Shown: positions 63,585-64,000 of the stretch, piece by piece
Position numbering within the stretch: the first letter of the stretch is position 1
Layout of the letters: each line of letters begins with the position of its first letter
Source of the DNA: Longimicrobiales bacterium
GTDB taxonomy: Bacteria > Gemmatimonadota > Gemmatimonadetes > Longimicrobiales > Gaopeijiaceae
DNA length: 64,000 nucleotides
Assembly (NCBI GenBank): GCA_965197725.1
Contig: CBDANQ010000058.1
Location: forward strand, 28,268 to 92,267
Direction of reading: 5' to 3'
Program-made: the position numbers and the translations under genes
The notes under the pieces: generated by a model
The model's input: the letters and a program-made list of their open reading frames with translations, nothing else
Told to the model about the DNA's origin: nothing
The model's database searches: none

Positions 63585-64000
63585 GTGAACACTTTGAATC
63601 TCGCCCGGCGATTGAACCACGCGGCGGCTGGCAGGCTCCTCCGCTGGCTTCTGCCGGGAGCGGCTCTGCTCGTGGCATGCGGCGACGGCCGCGTGGCTGG
63701 AGACCTGGGACCGGGTGACCCGACCGGACCGGGTGACCCGACCGGCACGAGCGACCCGACCAGCCAATGCGTGATCCCCATCGACCAGCTCTTTGACGGA
63801 GGCCCGGGCAAAGACGGCATCCCCGCGCTCACCGATCCCACTCTCGTGCCCGTCGGGGATCCGCAAGCGGAGTACCTGAGCGACCAGGCCCGTGTAATCG
63901 GCGTCGAGATCGGAGGCGAGGTGATCGCCATTCCGCACAACGTCGGCTGGTGGCACGAAATCGTGAATCTGAACGTTGGCGGACGGCAGATCGCCGTGAC
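63585..64000 (+). CDS. DUF3179 domain-containing lipoprotein, 5' part; the gene runs off the right edge
   Basis: Absent from the ORF track because it is partial. The GTG at 63585 gives VNTLNLARRLNHAAAGRLLRWLLPGAALLVAC (a lipobox). A GPGDPT x2 linker follows. Then comes IDQLFDGGPGKDGIPALTDPTLVPVGD...VIGVEIGGEVIAIPHNVGWWHEIVNLNVGGRQIAV, which is typical of DUF3179. Confidence 0.7.
   Translation, partial: MNTLNLARRLNHAAAGRLLRWLLPGAALLVACGDGRVAGDLGPGDPTGPGDPTGTSDPTSQCVIPIDQLFDGGPGKDGIPALTDPTLVPVGDPQAEYLSDQARVIGVEIGGEVIAIPHNVGWWHEIVNLNVGGRQIAV

Noticed and set aside
63708-63743. An 18-bp perfect tandem repeat, GGACCGGGTGACCCGACC x2.
   Set aside because: It lies in frame inside the DUF3179 lipoprotein linker and encodes GPGDPT twice. 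This is an ordinary low-complexity linker duplication.
1-64000. I searched for tRNA, rRNA, tmRNA, RNase P, SRP RNA and riboswitch-like elements in intergenic regions (5147-5282, 23680-24068, 39391-39648, 55853-56250, 61601-61948, 63021-63584).
   Set aside because: I recognised no cloverleaf-compatible or conserved RNA motifs by eye. A covariance-model scan (Infernal/Rfam, tRNAscan-SE) would be needed to exclude them.

Overview
This is a GC-rich bacterial chromosomal window with about 55 protein-coding genes on both strands. I recognised no rRNA, tRNA or CRISPR array by eye. The gene content includes an Mla-type ABC system, Rho, ThyX, BNR/sortilin-like and CBM9/DUF5916 exported proteins, DUF4159, a TonB receptor with DUF4249, and LigD/Ku. 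That mix resembles a Gemmatimonadota-type environmental lineage, which is inference only.

Layout:
- Bases 1-26.6 kb hold a translationally coupled mlaE-F-D / NUDIX / AI-2E string, an S2P protease, rho, and a thyX / radical-SAM / metallophosphoesterase operon. They also hold an acyl-CoA synthetase with an SSS transporter, NamZ-like and DCC proteins, exported hydrolases, a nitroreductase and an aminotransferase.
- Two 1503-bp copies of one IS5/IS1182-type insertion sequence sit at 26648-28150 and 58008-59510. They differ at 3 positions, share the same orientation, and each is flanked by CTAG.
- These copies bracket about 29.9 kb. That segment carries an AddB-like nuclease, a broken AddA-like helicase-nuclease, a receiver protein, an ABC-class ATPase and an orphan pilin pair. 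It also carries a DtxR-type regulator, a TonB receptor, a cNMP-GGDEF protein and an NHEJ module (ligD, ku, DinB-family, MerR-TPR).
- The right end holds a POT transporter, an outer-membrane barrel and a partial DUF3179 gene.

Most unusual observations:
1. Seven otherwise conserved genes are split by eight frameshifts; the AddA-like gene carries two. Three are repairable by removing one base from a G/C run, and one by removing a 5-nt tandem duplication. These are either assembly indels or real gene decay.
2. There are five short gene remnants: IS256-like, SDR, ALDH, YdjM-like and possibly AsnB-like.
3. Four two-unit tandem duplications of 17-39 bp lie directly at the 5' ends of genes.
4. A GAAC-N4-GTTT SOS-like box lies just upstream of ku.
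5. The thyX-rSAM-metallophosphoesterase operon is translationally coupled and uncharacterised.

I did not recognise a complete known defence system. All candidate novelties are hypotheses.
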